Below are positions 1-18,400 of a DNA stretch of 64,000 bases, one piece after another (position 1 is the stretch's first letter; the number at the start of each line of letters is the position of its first letter). The notes beneath the pieces are model-generated. The model searched no databases. It worked only from the letters and a program-made list of their open reading frames with translations, and was not told the DNA's origin. The DNA comes from Ylistrum balloti (lineage: Eukaryota), in assembly GCF_031769215.1 (NCBI RefSeq), contig NW_026782025.1:868001-932000 (forward strand), in the 5' to 3' direction. Position numbers and translations under genes: made by a program.

Positions 1-759
1 TTCTCAACCTCCTACCCTCAACGTAAATCTCTCAGTCTTTGACCCTCAGGATCAATATCTTAGTTTCTGACCCCCAGTATAAATCTCAAGGGTTGACCTT
101 GGTAGGAATCTATCAGTACATGCCCTTCAATATCAATCTCTCAATCTTCGACCCCAGATAGAAATATCTCAATTCTTAATGTTTTAATTGTCAATCATGT
201 AATTACCAAGACAACTAACTATAGATCATTTCATACTTTAATAGAACATCGCTTAAATTTTCTAAATTATTGGTAACTGGTAATCACATTACATGTTTTC
301 ACTTTTCAACAAATACAAACTTATACTAAGAAGTTATGGTCATTTTACATAATCCTGACCCTTTGGGTTTGCTTTGACTACTTATTACATGCAGTAGCAC
401 ATCCTCCATGGTGTAGGGTCATCTGCTGGATGATTTAGCTTCTCTGAATAAATCTTGGATCTTGAGAGGAGGTTGAGGGATGTGTGTGTTATATAGTACC
501 ATTAATGTAAATCACTTAGTGCATGTCTGTGATAACCATGAATATGTATAAGATATCTAATGAACCACTGGACAGATTTAAATCACATTCTCACCATGGT
601 ATCACCTTTCCAAGGTGTACACCTGATTGACCGATAACCACCAAACCATAAAGGTTAAAAAGGTGTACAACATATCTCATGAACTTCTCCCCAGTATATT
701 TTATATATCCACAATATAGCTTCACCTTACCAAAGTCATGGCTTCTGGTTTGAGGCCTA

Positions 760-840
760 TGGAGGGTGTTAGCCAGGTACTTGATACAGGTTGGTGGTTT
801 TACTGTGGGAACTTTCCTCCACCAGCCAAATGGTCACCCT
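760..840 (+). mobile_element. Degenerate tRNA-SINE core fragment
   Basis: ACTTGATACAGGTTGGTGGTTTT...TTTCCTCCACC resembles the central box I recall from common bivalve SINEs (ACTTGCGACAGGTCGGTGGTTTT...TTTCCTCCACC). The match is short and degraded. Confidence 0.3.
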
Positions 841-869
841 CAGTTTCTTTTGAATTAAAAATCTTGTAC

Positions 870-1521
870 ACAAGATCTCATGAACCCCTTTCAGGTTTAG
901 TTCAAATTCACAGGATATTATCATTAAACCAAAGTTACACCTTTGTAGATTTTGGTGGTAATTGGTTTAGGTTGAAGGGTCAAACGTCAATCATGGTTAC
1001 TTTTGAAATGAAAAATAGTTCAAATTGGTCAAAAGCATCTTTGGGGGAAGAAAAACAAATGTTACATAAATGGTAGGTCTCAGCTCCCAGAGGCCTGAGA
1101 GATGGGACCAGAAGGAAAATTTGTAAATCCGATTCCTCCTGCACTAATGATTAGATTTTACCCAAATTTGGTCTGTAGCATTCTTAAGTGAAGGGAAATT
1201 AATTTTATATAAACAGGGGTCACAGTGCCCTTGCACAGAAGGGACAGGCTCAGTAGGAAAATACAGCAATTTCTTTTAAAGTCCTGCTTCTCCTTTAGGA
1301 ATAATTGGATTTTTCCCAAATTTGGTCCGAAGCAATTTTGGGTGAAGAGGGTCATGGTCCTCTGGGGCGGGGCTCAAGAGGGAAAACAGATTAGATTCTT
1401 TAAAATCTTACTCCTCCTATAGGAATGATTAGGTTCTTACAATATTTGGTCTAACGCATTGTTGAATGAAGAGCAATTGTTTTTGCCAGGCAAGCAGTAC
1501 AGGCCTCATTGGCCTCTTTTT
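870..1521 (+). mobile_element. Non-autonomous Helentron-type element (HINE) with ~140-155 bp internal satellite-like units, in a NAMPT intron
   Basis: Four degenerate units with AAATTTGGTC..AGCA..TTGGGTGAAG at ~1024, 1164, 1318 and 1442. Ends in a hairpin AGGCC-TCATT-GGCCT (1501-1515) followed by a T-run, the typical Helentron/HINE 3' end. The 5' boundary is uncertain. Confidence 0.55.
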
Positions 1522-3346
1522 ATTGTGTAATATTTGTATAGTCTTCATTTCTATATACATTCTAATGTAATTTAGGCTGTATACTCCATTATAAAGACAG
1601 GGCAAATCTGAAGCAGAGAAGCTGTATCTATCTCTTACTTCTTTTGATCTTTAGTTTGCCCATTATCAACACTTTAATAACTATATCTGTGCCATCACCA
1701 AAGTCACATTAGTTACTGATTGTGACCAGTGAATAACACCTACTGTTGATAGCAACCAATGACCAAATTTTATCATTATGTTGTTGAAGGGAAGTGACAA
1801 ATGCCTGATACTGGTGCTGATCTATATATATGGCTGTTGCATCCTATCAGGGAGTGTCTAGAGGCTCAGTAGTACTTTGAAACTCATGGAGAGGCTTTGT
1901 AGCATGTTAATACACACCCTTTGATCCTGAGCTTTTAAGGAAACCAACAGTTCTGGTGGAACTGTGTAGTTCACATTGTAGTATTGATCTACATTCACAG
2001 CTCGAAAGAGCTTCATTTTCTGTTTTCATTAAGTATTACTAAAATAGCCAGAGCATTTAATTGTAAAACCACCTTACTGTGATATTGAGGGATTTACTAA
2101 TAATGAAAGTCTTGTCTGGGTTGGTATTAAAACTGTCTACTTACAGTTGAGCACACACATGTAAATAATTAATTACACAGACATACGGATGTACAAAACT
2201 TACAGGTGTGTTCAAGATAATATAAAAATATAATAGAAAAATAAAGGTGTGCAGACAAAGGTTTCTAATAGTCTACTGATGTGCTTCAGTTCTTTGACTA
2301 AAGCACAGGACTATGAAACACAGCCAAGTGAAGTCAGGGCAAAACTGAGATTGTAATAAATTTAACCCAATATATAGAATAAATAAGTTAGAAATATGAT
2401 TAAAAAAAACTGTGACGTTTATCATGAATTGTGATATTACATGAAATTTTGTTATCAGAAGCTGGTTGCGACACAAATGAGTTTGGTAACTTGAACATGT
2501 GCAAGGTGAAAAAACACACTCCTGACTAATAATATACTGAAAACATGAACCCTTCAGATCACCAGGCAGCTCCATGTACAGGTGAGGCAGAAGCCTCAAG
2601 TGGAAAACAAATTTGTTCACTCAGGCAGATCAGATGTTTACCAATCAAACGATACATTATTGATAAACACATCATATATCTAACAGAGTGAAACATTAAA
2701 TTGTCGTTAATGTAAACATTACTGAAATCAGAATGATCAAAAGATAAAGTTATGTAGAGGAAAATTACTTAATAAAATGAGTAAAATAATTAAACTGGAT
2801 ATTTCGTTTGAACCATGCCGGAATTTTTTTTTGACGGAGATAGTCATATCATATGAGTATTGTGTAGAAAGTCCGGGAGATAGTGACACAAACAAGAAGG
2901 ACACTAACCAATTTATTTATAGCAGTGAAATTGTCCATAGGAATGAAAGATCATCCCCCTTATTCTTAAAAAAATGTGTTTTATAGAAAACCTATTTTGG
3001 GTATTTTGACATACTGTAGAAACATTGATTTTTATATGAAATTGGTTTTTACAGATTTGATTTGACACATTCTTTTGTTCACATCTGTTAAAATTAGTAC
3101 AAGTAGATTTATTGGGCATATTCAAGTGAACAAGAAATGGTATATTTTGGAAAACCATGAGAATTGAGACTCACAATTATAGATAATTTTATAGTATAAT
3201 TGGTGTTGATGTGTTGCGGTAGCTGTCAAGACTGGGTTTTTTTTTTGTTACTATGTGCTGGTTAGATTGGTCAGATTTATGAAGTACCAAGGTACACACA
3301 CATTTCAGTAGAGATTATCTTCATATAGATGTCCTCTCATTTATAG

Positions 3347-8016
<4,670 letters not shown>

Positions 8017-9730
8017 AGGAAGGATGGTTGAAAATCTGACATGGTGAAACCTGGTGTAGATCATACGGCAGTTTCTGTAGCAGAATGTCATCACTTTCCT
8101 CAACCTTGTCCACCACAGAGGAAATGTTATTCACAAAATTTCATTTTATTACCTAAAATGAATGAATGATATAAAGCGACTGTGTAGAACTCTTTTTTCA
8201 GACATGGAAAATAGGAATGTTATAGAGGATAACATACACTAAATAATGATATTTTTATTATTATAACTTGATATGTTATTTTCCATTTATGTTTTGTTTT
8301 TGCCTAACACTTCTTTCTGTCTGATAGTTAAAATGATATTTTTAGACCATGTGATTTATAATAAATCAAATAATATAATTATATCATGTGATTTTGCAGT
8401 ATATCTTGTGATATATGATCATTTTTCGTTTTATAACTTTCTTATCACAAAAAAAACATGTTTAAATGGGAAGAAAAATCTTGTCAGAATTAAATTGATG
8501 AAATTTTCTCAGGAAATGATCCACATGGTCCATTTTTGTTCAGAGTTAATGTATACAGACAAAAAACATCATGATTTGAAAGTGTGAGATCAGTTTGTGA
8601 TAATGGACAAGAATCACTGGAAGTGATGATGAAAAATAACTTATTAGATTTCCCACTGATGATGCTGGCTATTTATATATTTTAAATGTTTATTTATGTA
8701 TATTGTGTTCTTCAGTGGTTTACGTTTGCAGAAACATACAGTTTCTCTAAATTTTCTCTTATGCTTTATATAAATTTTCTGTTATTGTCACATTTTCCTT
8801 TATGTCATATTTTACTTAATGTCCAATACATTTTAACCCACAAATTAATCATTAACAGTAATGCACTGTATGATATGCCTGAAATACGATATTAATACCC
8901 ATATTAAAACAGAAATGAGTCTTGCATCAAGCATACCAACTCCTCAGTAGTATCCTTATTGTCTTTGTTATCACTCTACTGCGGATGATAAATAAAATGT
9001 CTTCACTTTGTCCTCTGCTATGAAATTTTTATTTATGAAAGAGTTTATCCTTCCAAATGCATGTTCTAACATTCATTCCATATTGCTGTATTGAGCTATT
9101 TATAAAAGGGTTAAAACTTGTGTTTGGTGTAAATGCTTTCAAGAGCAATGTCTTTCTTCACTCACCTTTAGGACACAATCCCTTTTTCCTCACTGTATAT
9201 AATCATCTTACTGTTATTTTGACGGTTATCATTATGTGTTATTAGTGCGGAATTTATGTTATTTTTAATAAATTAACGGTATTTGTATCATTTTTTTTAT
9301 TTAATATCCTTTAAGTACAGATATGACATTAAGATTAATTTCCGTTTACCAGGCTTACTTTGTATTTGTGTGGTTATTTTGACTGAGAGGAGTTGAGTAT
9401 GATTTCCTCCGACCTTTCATGTAACTGGTAAATTCCAGTGGCAAATTAGACTTTCTGTTCAACCTCATCCCCAACCTTCACTAACCACTCCCACCCACCA
9501 TCACCCCAAATCCAATAAAGACAGGGATATCCAGTGTATCACCAGAGACAGGACTCTCTTTTAATCGAGCTCCTCGATATAAATTGACATAATTCACTCA
9601 CTACATCAAAACAAATTAACATATATCCTAATAATTCTCTTGCATTCTGAAAAATTATCAGTTAATGTTATTCTAATTCATGGTATCATATAATATATGA
9701 TATATATCTCTAGAGGAAAGCATGCTTTTC

Positions 9731-10036
9731 TTGTAATGTTAGTAGGGACTACATGGTATACGTGGAAGCTATCAGATGTTGTAGTAGTGAAGAGGTTAAG
9801 TTGCTAGGAGACCTCTGCCAGATACTTGTAATGTTAGTAGGGACTACATGGTATACGTGGAAGCTATCAGATATTGTAGTAGTGAAGAGGTTAAGTTGCT
9901 AGGAGACCTCTGCCAGATACTTGTAATGTTAGTAGGGACTACATTATATACGTGGAAGCTATCAGATGTTGTAGTAGTGAAGAGGTTAAGTTGCTAGGAG
10001 ACCTCTGCCAGATACTTGTAATGTTAGCGGGGACTA
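9731..10036 (+). repeat. 95-bp tandem repeat, ~3.2 copies
   Basis: TTGTAATGTTAG at 9731, 9826, 9921 and 10016. Confidence 0.95.
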
Positions 10037-13000
10037 CAAGCATATAGGCGTAACAGCACTAGAGAAGAGATTTGGTAATATTCACATATACTTAGATATA
10101 GATACAAGTCCATGCTATTAATTTTAGTATACTTATTTAGTAGTTTGACAACTGTTAGACCTATTAGGTGCCTAGACAAAATTGGTACTTTAACCAAACA
10201 AAAAATGGTGTTTCTGAGTCTCTATAGAATTCAAAGCTCTCCACCCTCTCTTGTCTTGAGATTAAATGCTATGTCTACCTCACTGATGAAGAGAGAACTT
10301 ACCTTTAAACCGTCCATTATGACGAAGCACATTAAGAAACATTGGACTTTGTCCCACTATTTGTCAACTTTTATCTAACTGTCTGTTTTCTAGTGACTAC
10401 ATTCTGGAAGATAGCATGTTTACAAGATAAACAGATATGTTGATTGTAATCATGTCTACAGATTGACTGGACAAGAGTTTTGAGAATTCTGTCCTATTCG
10501 TGGGACCCCTCCACCTGTACAGTTGATAAACAAATCATGCCCATTATGATGAGTTGTGAAACACTGGACTTTTGTTCCTAGTTTGCCCAGTGTTAACATA
10601 TATAGGTAGACTATATTCACAAAATAATCTCAATCAACTAACATCTCTGTCTTTATTCTGTTTGTCATTATGTATATAAGCATGATGTTTTCTGTGTTAC
10701 AAATATACCATATGAGGTTTGGTTAAAGACTTTCATAATGTGTGCTTCTGTCAAAAAAGGTTAATGAAAATAGTCCTATAATTATGCAAATTTTGATTGG
10801 TTTATGGTGTTTTATCCTTTTGATCTTTTCCAAGTTTTAATTTTTTTCGTATACACTGTATTTCTTGATCCCTTCACCAATGTAAATTTACAGGTAATTA
10901 CGTTGATATCTAAACGTCTACAAAAGTATTTTTTAATTTCTTTTTCCTCATTAGTCAACAGATGTGTCACGAGTCATTACTAACCTCTTTTCCTGATTGA
11001 ATTCTTTATCATTTTGATTTTCAACAACTTCCTTTTTAATAATCATTTATTGTTTCAAGTATGTTTGTTTCTATCCAATTCTTGATAACTAAAAGCACGT
11101 AGTTCCATATAGACTGTCCATGCTACGAGCATTATACCATGTCGTTGAAACTTACCATAATGGCATATTCTAAATTATTGTTCACCAGTCTTTTGTATAA
11201 CCTTTCAGCTGATGTAGTGCCCATGATTTGAGAGGTGGCACATAGCACTTGAAAGAGTGGTTTCATTTGGATAACATTAATTGTTCCTGCCTGTGTTCTT
11301 TCTACTGGCGTTATTGCTCGTGGCTAAAGTGCCAAGATATAAAAATCTAGTTACCACAAAATTTCATATCATTTGTTAATAGAGTTGTTGCATCAAAAAT
11401 TAAAAAAAAAAAAAAAGATTAACAAACCTAGGGCTGTATTGAGAAAATCATGCGACATTGATGACCCGTGTCGAATCATACACGTCACCAAATATTCCAC
11501 AAAGCCAAGGATATGCATTGCTTTGGAGTCCATGTGACGACTTTGACATTATATCACAATATTACTCCTCTTTCTTCCTTTCATTGTACATTGTTCCTGG
11601 CGCCTTGCCTTGCCCAGTTAAAGCCTTCCAACTACTGACAGCAAGCGACCTTTCTCAGAATATCACCATATAGCCTACTTGATAAATTTATGCTGTTGTG
11701 TCTTTTTTGAATATCTAATGATAAAAACGCTGTACACTGACAAACATTGTATTGCCTCAAATATATTGATATTTAGATAACAAATGAGTGATTGTTTAGA
11801 CTGTAATATACAATTCTTCTATTTTCTGTTTTTGATGGTTCAACTTTATATCTTCTTTTCATGACCATTATAACAGTTCAAGTCCTCATTAATGTTTATT
11901 ATTCCAACAACTACACATAAATTACAACTGCTCTCGTGTGTCGGTAACAACTGTAGTTTAAATTTTGCAGTAAGTCATCAAATAAAAAAACAATGTGTAT
12001 CACGGTTGATACTTGTCCACTCTCTTTAGGTCATGTTGTGGAGTTGACATATAGGATGAGAAACCAAGTTAAGAAGTCATATTAATGCCTTTTCCAAGCG
12101 TTTGACCACCAATATTGTTAATCAGTGAGTTGCAAAACATTGGGTCTGATTAAATAAATCTATCAGTAAGTGTCTTACACATTGCATTATGTAGAGGAAC
12201 AGGTTTGTTTTAATTAGTTCTCAACTCTGACATGTCTGCAATAAATATACTTTGAACATTACATGTATTTAGAATTTAATATGAAATTAGAAATTCATCA
12301 TATGCTCCGTAAAATATATTTCAACAAATTAGAAATTCAGTTAAGAAATGTAACTAATTAACATAAATTTCAATGGAATTTAGAATCTCACGTGAATGAT
12401 TGTTGTCCATGAAATGGCTTCAAGATGAGTATAATCTTTGTGATGTAATATATCGGCCACTCTCTCTGTCAGGTGTAGCCGGAATCTTCGTCATAGATAG
12501 TCTGTGGGGATGTATAATAATTATCAAAGTTATGTCGTTTATTGTCAAAAACATAATTATTAAATTTAAGATATCTAATATTTTGTGAATCATTATTTAC
12601 ATAAATATATATATATCAATTATTGAAAATGCAAAAAAATCATCACTTTTTTATTTATGATGGAAGTGAAGGAATAGTTTTCCTAAATTTTCATAAATAT
12701 GTTAAGATATAGGTAACAGTAATTGACGTAAAAAGGTACACGTAGTTTTAAAACACATTTGTACTTGAAAGGAAGAACACGTTGTTTGATCAGATCCGAG
12801 ACTGCGACAATATGTAGTCCTTTATCAGTTTGATTGCACCACATAAGTATATATATTGACACGTTTGTATGTATAAGGTTGATGTGCTCTAGTGTATCCT
12901 TTGTATGTCTGGGCAGACAATATGGATAAATAAACATGATGATGACTTCAGTTAATGCTATGGTATTTGTGTTTATGTACGACGTGACAAAAACTGAGGA

Positions 13001-13079
13001 CTTCCCACACAGGATACTGTTTGTCTTGCTCTGCCTTGGATTTCAGCGTCAAGAAGCAATGTTTAAGCAACAATGTGGA

Positions 13080-13260
13080 GCGAGTATGAAAGACACAAGT
13101 GAATAGCATCCTTAATACAGAGTTCGATACAGTCGAGCCAAACAATGAATAAAATCGCATCATACAGCCGTTTCGTCCCTCTAAAACTCGTCTGTGATGC
13201 TAAGGGCCTAAATTTTGAAGCCCTGGAGGTGACTGAGGAAAATCCAAAATGATAGAAAGG
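13080..13260 (+). mobile_element. Degenerate Penelope-like retroelement fragment
   Basis: Shares GACACAAGTGAA.AGC and ACTCGTC.GTGATGCTA.GGGCCTAAA with the remnant at 37800-38320. The latter stretch encodes a GPKY-like motif recalled from molluscan Penelope-like RTs. Confidence 0.35.
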
Positions 13261-15420
13261 AAATCTAGATGGGAATATGCAACACGCCTTGTATCTGAAA
13301 AGGATCACTCAACTAAGTCTCATTTTTGTTGAAGGTGACTTAGCCTAACCCATGTCTTAATCCTACGTATGATCTGCTTCTATGATAACCTACCATTATA
13401 TCGATAAATATGATGTTCCTTCATAATGTATAATGTATAAACTAAACTATGACGACCCATGACATGTTACCGGACAGGCATCTATGGAGTAACTTCACAG
13501 ACTGATCCTTCTTCCTGACATTAACATCTCAATGTTGTTCTAAATTTAAAAAAAATTACTTGTGATAAGCATATCAGTCATTTCTGGGTATCTTGGTTAA
13601 ACGAACCTTATTGGACTGCGTTGAGTATCATATGCCTATATATCAGATCGGCAAACCCCACCCCAGCTTTATTCTAACGTAACAATCATAATAATTCTTT
13701 CTTACGTCTTTTATTCTTGACAAATTTTCGATCTGACAAAGCAACATACTTGGTCGCACGCAAAAAAAAAGAGTCCTTTACTGTGTTCTACACCTCGTCA
13801 ACCGACATCAATAGTCACTCAAGTTATTTACTCGCCTGTATTTGGCAAGACTCATTTACTACTAAATGATTCCAGAATTCATTATATATATTGCCATAAG
13901 TTGAACACATATTCAACAAAAGTAAAGAAAAAACAAAAGTCGAGCAAGACCAGGTGTACTGAAAAATCTAGCGTTTTCTACTTCTTCGACACCGCCTAGG
14001 TTATAAAATGTCTAAGTCAATTCCAAGACGTTCTCAAATTGTAAGCATTTTCAATCTCAAATTGTTGACACCATCTGCACTTAGGGCCCCATTATGTAAT
14101 TTTGAGATCATTAAGGTCATAATCTGGCACTATCATATTCGCCTGCCGAACGCATTATAATTTACAGTAAGATTTTCCTTCCGCCTGCCATATCAATGAC
14201 GGCAATCACGATATCTAGAATACGTCTTCTTATCGAAGAAACTTTGGCAATTTAATGCTTTTAATTCAAAGATGAAAAATATTACTACCAAGAAAACGAA
14301 AATTCACGGTAGGAAAACCAAAACTGCCACTTTTACTTTGTAGCGTGGTTGTTACGTGTTAAGAATGTGACTTACGCCGAGATGTGATAACAACTGTGGG
14401 AAGGTGAGGCAATCCTAGTCAATGAGTTCATTTAAGATGATTGAAATCCAGACAGATGTTTCGAATTTCGAATGCTGTCATGATATACCTATAGTCTTGC
14501 AAAATAGTCTGTGAAGCATACTGATACGTCATAGTCATCAATAAACATCCATATGTCACAGAAATACGTGTGACCTAGTTAAGTTTACAACTATTTTTGT
14601 CAATAGCAAGCACTAGCATTAGAATTCGTCACTGATATTTTCGATATACTATTTTTGACGCATCGCCGATTTCATAACTCAGTACAAATACATTAATGTC
14701 AGTGGATCGTTTCTCATGCCTACATCCCTTATATTAATATACAAGGCTTTGGGTCTGCGGAGCAGCACTTGTACGTCCTTCACTCTAGATATCTAAACGA
14801 ACACGCGGATTTAATGACCGTTATAAATTTTAATTGTTCTTGAGCCGAAAAGTAAAAGTATTTCAAGATATTTTTTTCTATAATTCCATAATTCCCCAAG
14901 TCTTATTTTCTATCTCCATGTGTGCCTCGTATACGTCGACCATAATTACATTTCAGAATTACAATTAGGATGCAATGGTAAATATGAAAATAACAGGTAG
15001 GTTCAAAGTTTGAAAAAGTGCTGTTAACTTGCGCGGACAAAATACTTTTGTGGAATCTATATTTGTTTCAGAGTGGAAATAAAATCATTGCATCATCTTT
15101 TGTTATCAATACCATGGCCATCATATAGTTCTTTTTTTCCAACATGAAACATATTAATTAATCATGAACGTATTTACTTTCTTAATCTGCCGTCGATGCT
15201 ACACCACTTTGAACAAGTAGAGTGAATGTGTCAGAAATGTGATATATTACGGAGCTGTCATCTCTCGATTTACCTGTCCTATGTAAATTACTTCTATAAC
15301 CAACCAGTCAGATCACGTTAAGTGTGTGATGTAAGAAAATTGTTAGACCTAGCTGTTCATCGCCTCTACACTTTCGTCGCACTTGCTTTTGGGTTAAGAC
15401 GTCGGTCGTCGCCAGGAGAT

Positions 15421-18400
15421 ATGTACACTAAAGTCCTCCTCATTTTTATTCTTCTCTGCGTTGGATATGCGAACTCAAATTTTGCCACCCGTCGCAGAAG
15501 GCCACAAAGGCATCACAGGACACATATACCAAATACTCGACCAGCTCCACCACCTGTCACGCGCAAAGTCACGAACCTGTGTGAGAAAGTAGTCGGACAT
15601 GATTTCCTCGCCAACCCTGACGATTGTTCCAGGTACATATTGTGTATTGGTACAACGCTTCACGATCTTAGCTGTGGAAATCAGGTCTGGGACGACCAGG
15701 ACCGCAAATGTGTTGAGAAAGGCACGACCATAGGTCCCGACCCATGTCAAAAGCGTAAGTATTTAATATATTGCCAAATCCATAGGAATACTCCCATTCT
15801 GAAGGTCGACATTTCATTCTTTTGTTAAGTGAAAATATATCAAGTGCAATTATATTTTCAAACATTTAGAAAATATGTGCTTGAGGTAAAATTACAAGAA
15901 ATTTTGTCCTTGTCACCCCCATGTACCAGTTGAACTTCAAATCAGTAATACTATAGACTATTTTTCACCAGCCAATAAATTTTCAGACAATGTGGCCGAG
16001 TTTGGCAGCTTATCACTAAAGATTATAGTCTGAGCATTTACTATGACGGAGAGACCTACAGGGATTCTGGAGATGCATTTTGTTGTAGATACAGTCGCTA
16101 TCATTGTCTCCTTGTGAATTATTGTATTCCTTTTTCTGATGTGGCGTTCAATAGATTTGATCCTCAATAACGGTAAGGCTTCTGCCACGTGGTTACGTTA
16201 TTTCCACCCCGATTCTTGCTTTGAGAACCAGGCATTTAAAAGTTGACCCTAATAAAACCAAAGCGCAAGCGATGAAACAAAAGATGCCTACCTTTACAAA
16301 AATAACATGGTTTTATATTCTTGGTAATGAAGTTTGGTTACTTTTTCAATCTTTGTAGATATTCTGTCCTGGTATTATTGTTTTGAATTGTAGATCTTTC
16401 CTCGTTAATGGAAATATGGATGCAAACACTTTGAAATCTAAACCCAAATATTTTCTGGGTATATTCACTCATAAGAAGACGATGAAAGAAATGATGTGAT
16501 AAGACTTGCTAAGATCATCACTGTGGTTCAGATATCATTTTGAATGTGTTTTCATTATCCTTTGTCTATCTTTACAAAAATAATAAGCAAGATCATTTTT
16601 CGTGATATTCACGGGAGTATTTAAATGTTTGAAAGTGCTTCAAAGCAACCCCGCGTTTTAATATTCAGGACATTCCACAAGGCTATGTGAAGATTTCATG
16701 TAAGATTTTGTCTAAAAATATAAGATTATAAAAAACAAAGATAAGATGGATACAGAATCATGGAAGTTGCTTCATCAATTGTATCCACCATGTAAAACTA
16801 TGTCATTCCAACAAATATCACGTTTTCTTAACGAGAACCGTGTCAAAATCAACATATTTAGTTTCGAAAAAAAATTCCCGTGATTATAATATCACCGTGG
16901 TAATCCTAATTTTCTCATAGTCTTCATCAACTTACGTTCCCAATATCCTTTGTTTTTATCACTCATATATTATAACATCTATCATAGAAGTCCTGTCATT
17001 AGGTGAAAGCAGGTCCCTATAATAATCATAATTAAGATTGTATGCCTTTCATATCAAAATGGATTAGATCTCTCATCAAGCCGCTAATGTTGTTTATCAT
17101 TATGTGTTCAAAAACTCATCATAGTACTTTATTAATTAATTAAAGCCTTTTAACCACCATTTATCTAATTCTTTTCTGGTGTGGCTGACGTGGATAGCGC
17201 TATGATCTTCTCGTAACGTCTCCGACAAGGACTTAAATGTAAATGTATTGTAATGACGTGTATTTCCTTGTGTATCTAATTATCAACCATGGTCTGTAAA
17301 ACGCTAATTAGTCAGCATGTCAATCAAAACACTGGCTATATATACTGACTACCAACATATCCTAAACACTGGCTATATATACTGACTAACAACATATCCT
17401 AAACACTGGCTATATATACTGACTACCAACATATCCTAAACACTGGCTATATATACTGACTACCAACATATCCTAAACACTGGCTGTATATACTGACTAC
17501 CAACATATCCTAAACACTGGCTATATATACTGACTACCAACATATCCTAAACACTGGCTATATATACTGACTACCAACATATCCTAAACACTGGTTATAT
17601 ATACTGACTACCAACATATCCTAAACACTGGCTATATATACTGACTACCAACATATCCTAAAAAAACTGGCTATATATACTGACTACCCACATATCCTAA
17701 AACACTGGCTATATATACTGACTACATATCCTAAACACTGGCTATAGATACTGACTACCAACATATCCTACACACTGGCTATATGTACTGACTACATATC
17801 CTAAAAGACTGGTTATATATACTGACTACCAACATATCCTAAACACTGGCTATATATACTGACTACATATCCTAAAGCACTGGCTATATATACTGACTAC
17901 ATATCCTAAAGCACTGGCTATATATACTGACTACCAACATATCCTAAACCCTGGCTATAGATACTGACTCCCAATATATCCTAAAACACTGGTTATATAT
18001 ACTGACTACATATCATAAACACTGGCTATATATACTGACTACCAACATATCCTAAAACACTGGTTATATATACTGACTACCAACATATCCTAAACACTGG
18101 CTATATATACTGACTACATATCCTAAAGCACTGGCTATATATACTGACTAACAACATATCCTAAACACTGGCTATAGATACTGACTCCCAACATATCCTA
18201 AAACACTGGTTATATATACTGACTACCAACATATCCTAAACACTGGCTATATATACTGACTACATATCCTAAAGCACTGGCTATATATACTGACTACCAA
18301 CATATCCTAAACACTGGTTATATATACTGACTACCAACATATCCTAAACACTGGCCTGAACATATCCTAAAGCACTGGCTATATATACTGACTACCAACA

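Noticed and set aside
738-1422. 112-aa and 65-aa ORFs
   Set aside because: They overlap SINE/HINE remnants in a NAMPT intron and show no protein motif.
1-3346. Search for NAMPT exons 1-3
   Set aside because: No LATDSYK, YGLQY or FNEEGW-like coding segment was found, so they presumably lie left of the window.
10297-10400. Perfect minus-strand donor AG|GTAAGT suggesting an antisense exon
   Set aside because: All three upstream frames contain stops and no partner exons were found; it cannot be supported as a gene.
10530-10570. TGATGA..GAAAC resembling a hammerhead ribozyme core
   Set aside because: It lacks the C of CUGANGA and has no adequate stem II or flanking helices.
8273-12937. Several 60-104 aa hydrophobic ORFs
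   Set aside because: Typical chance ORFs of AT-rich 3' UTR and intergenic DNA, with no motifs or splice support.
15322-15420. N-terminal extension of gene A in the ORF track
   Set aside because: It begins at GTG. The ATG at 15421 is directly followed by a signal peptide.
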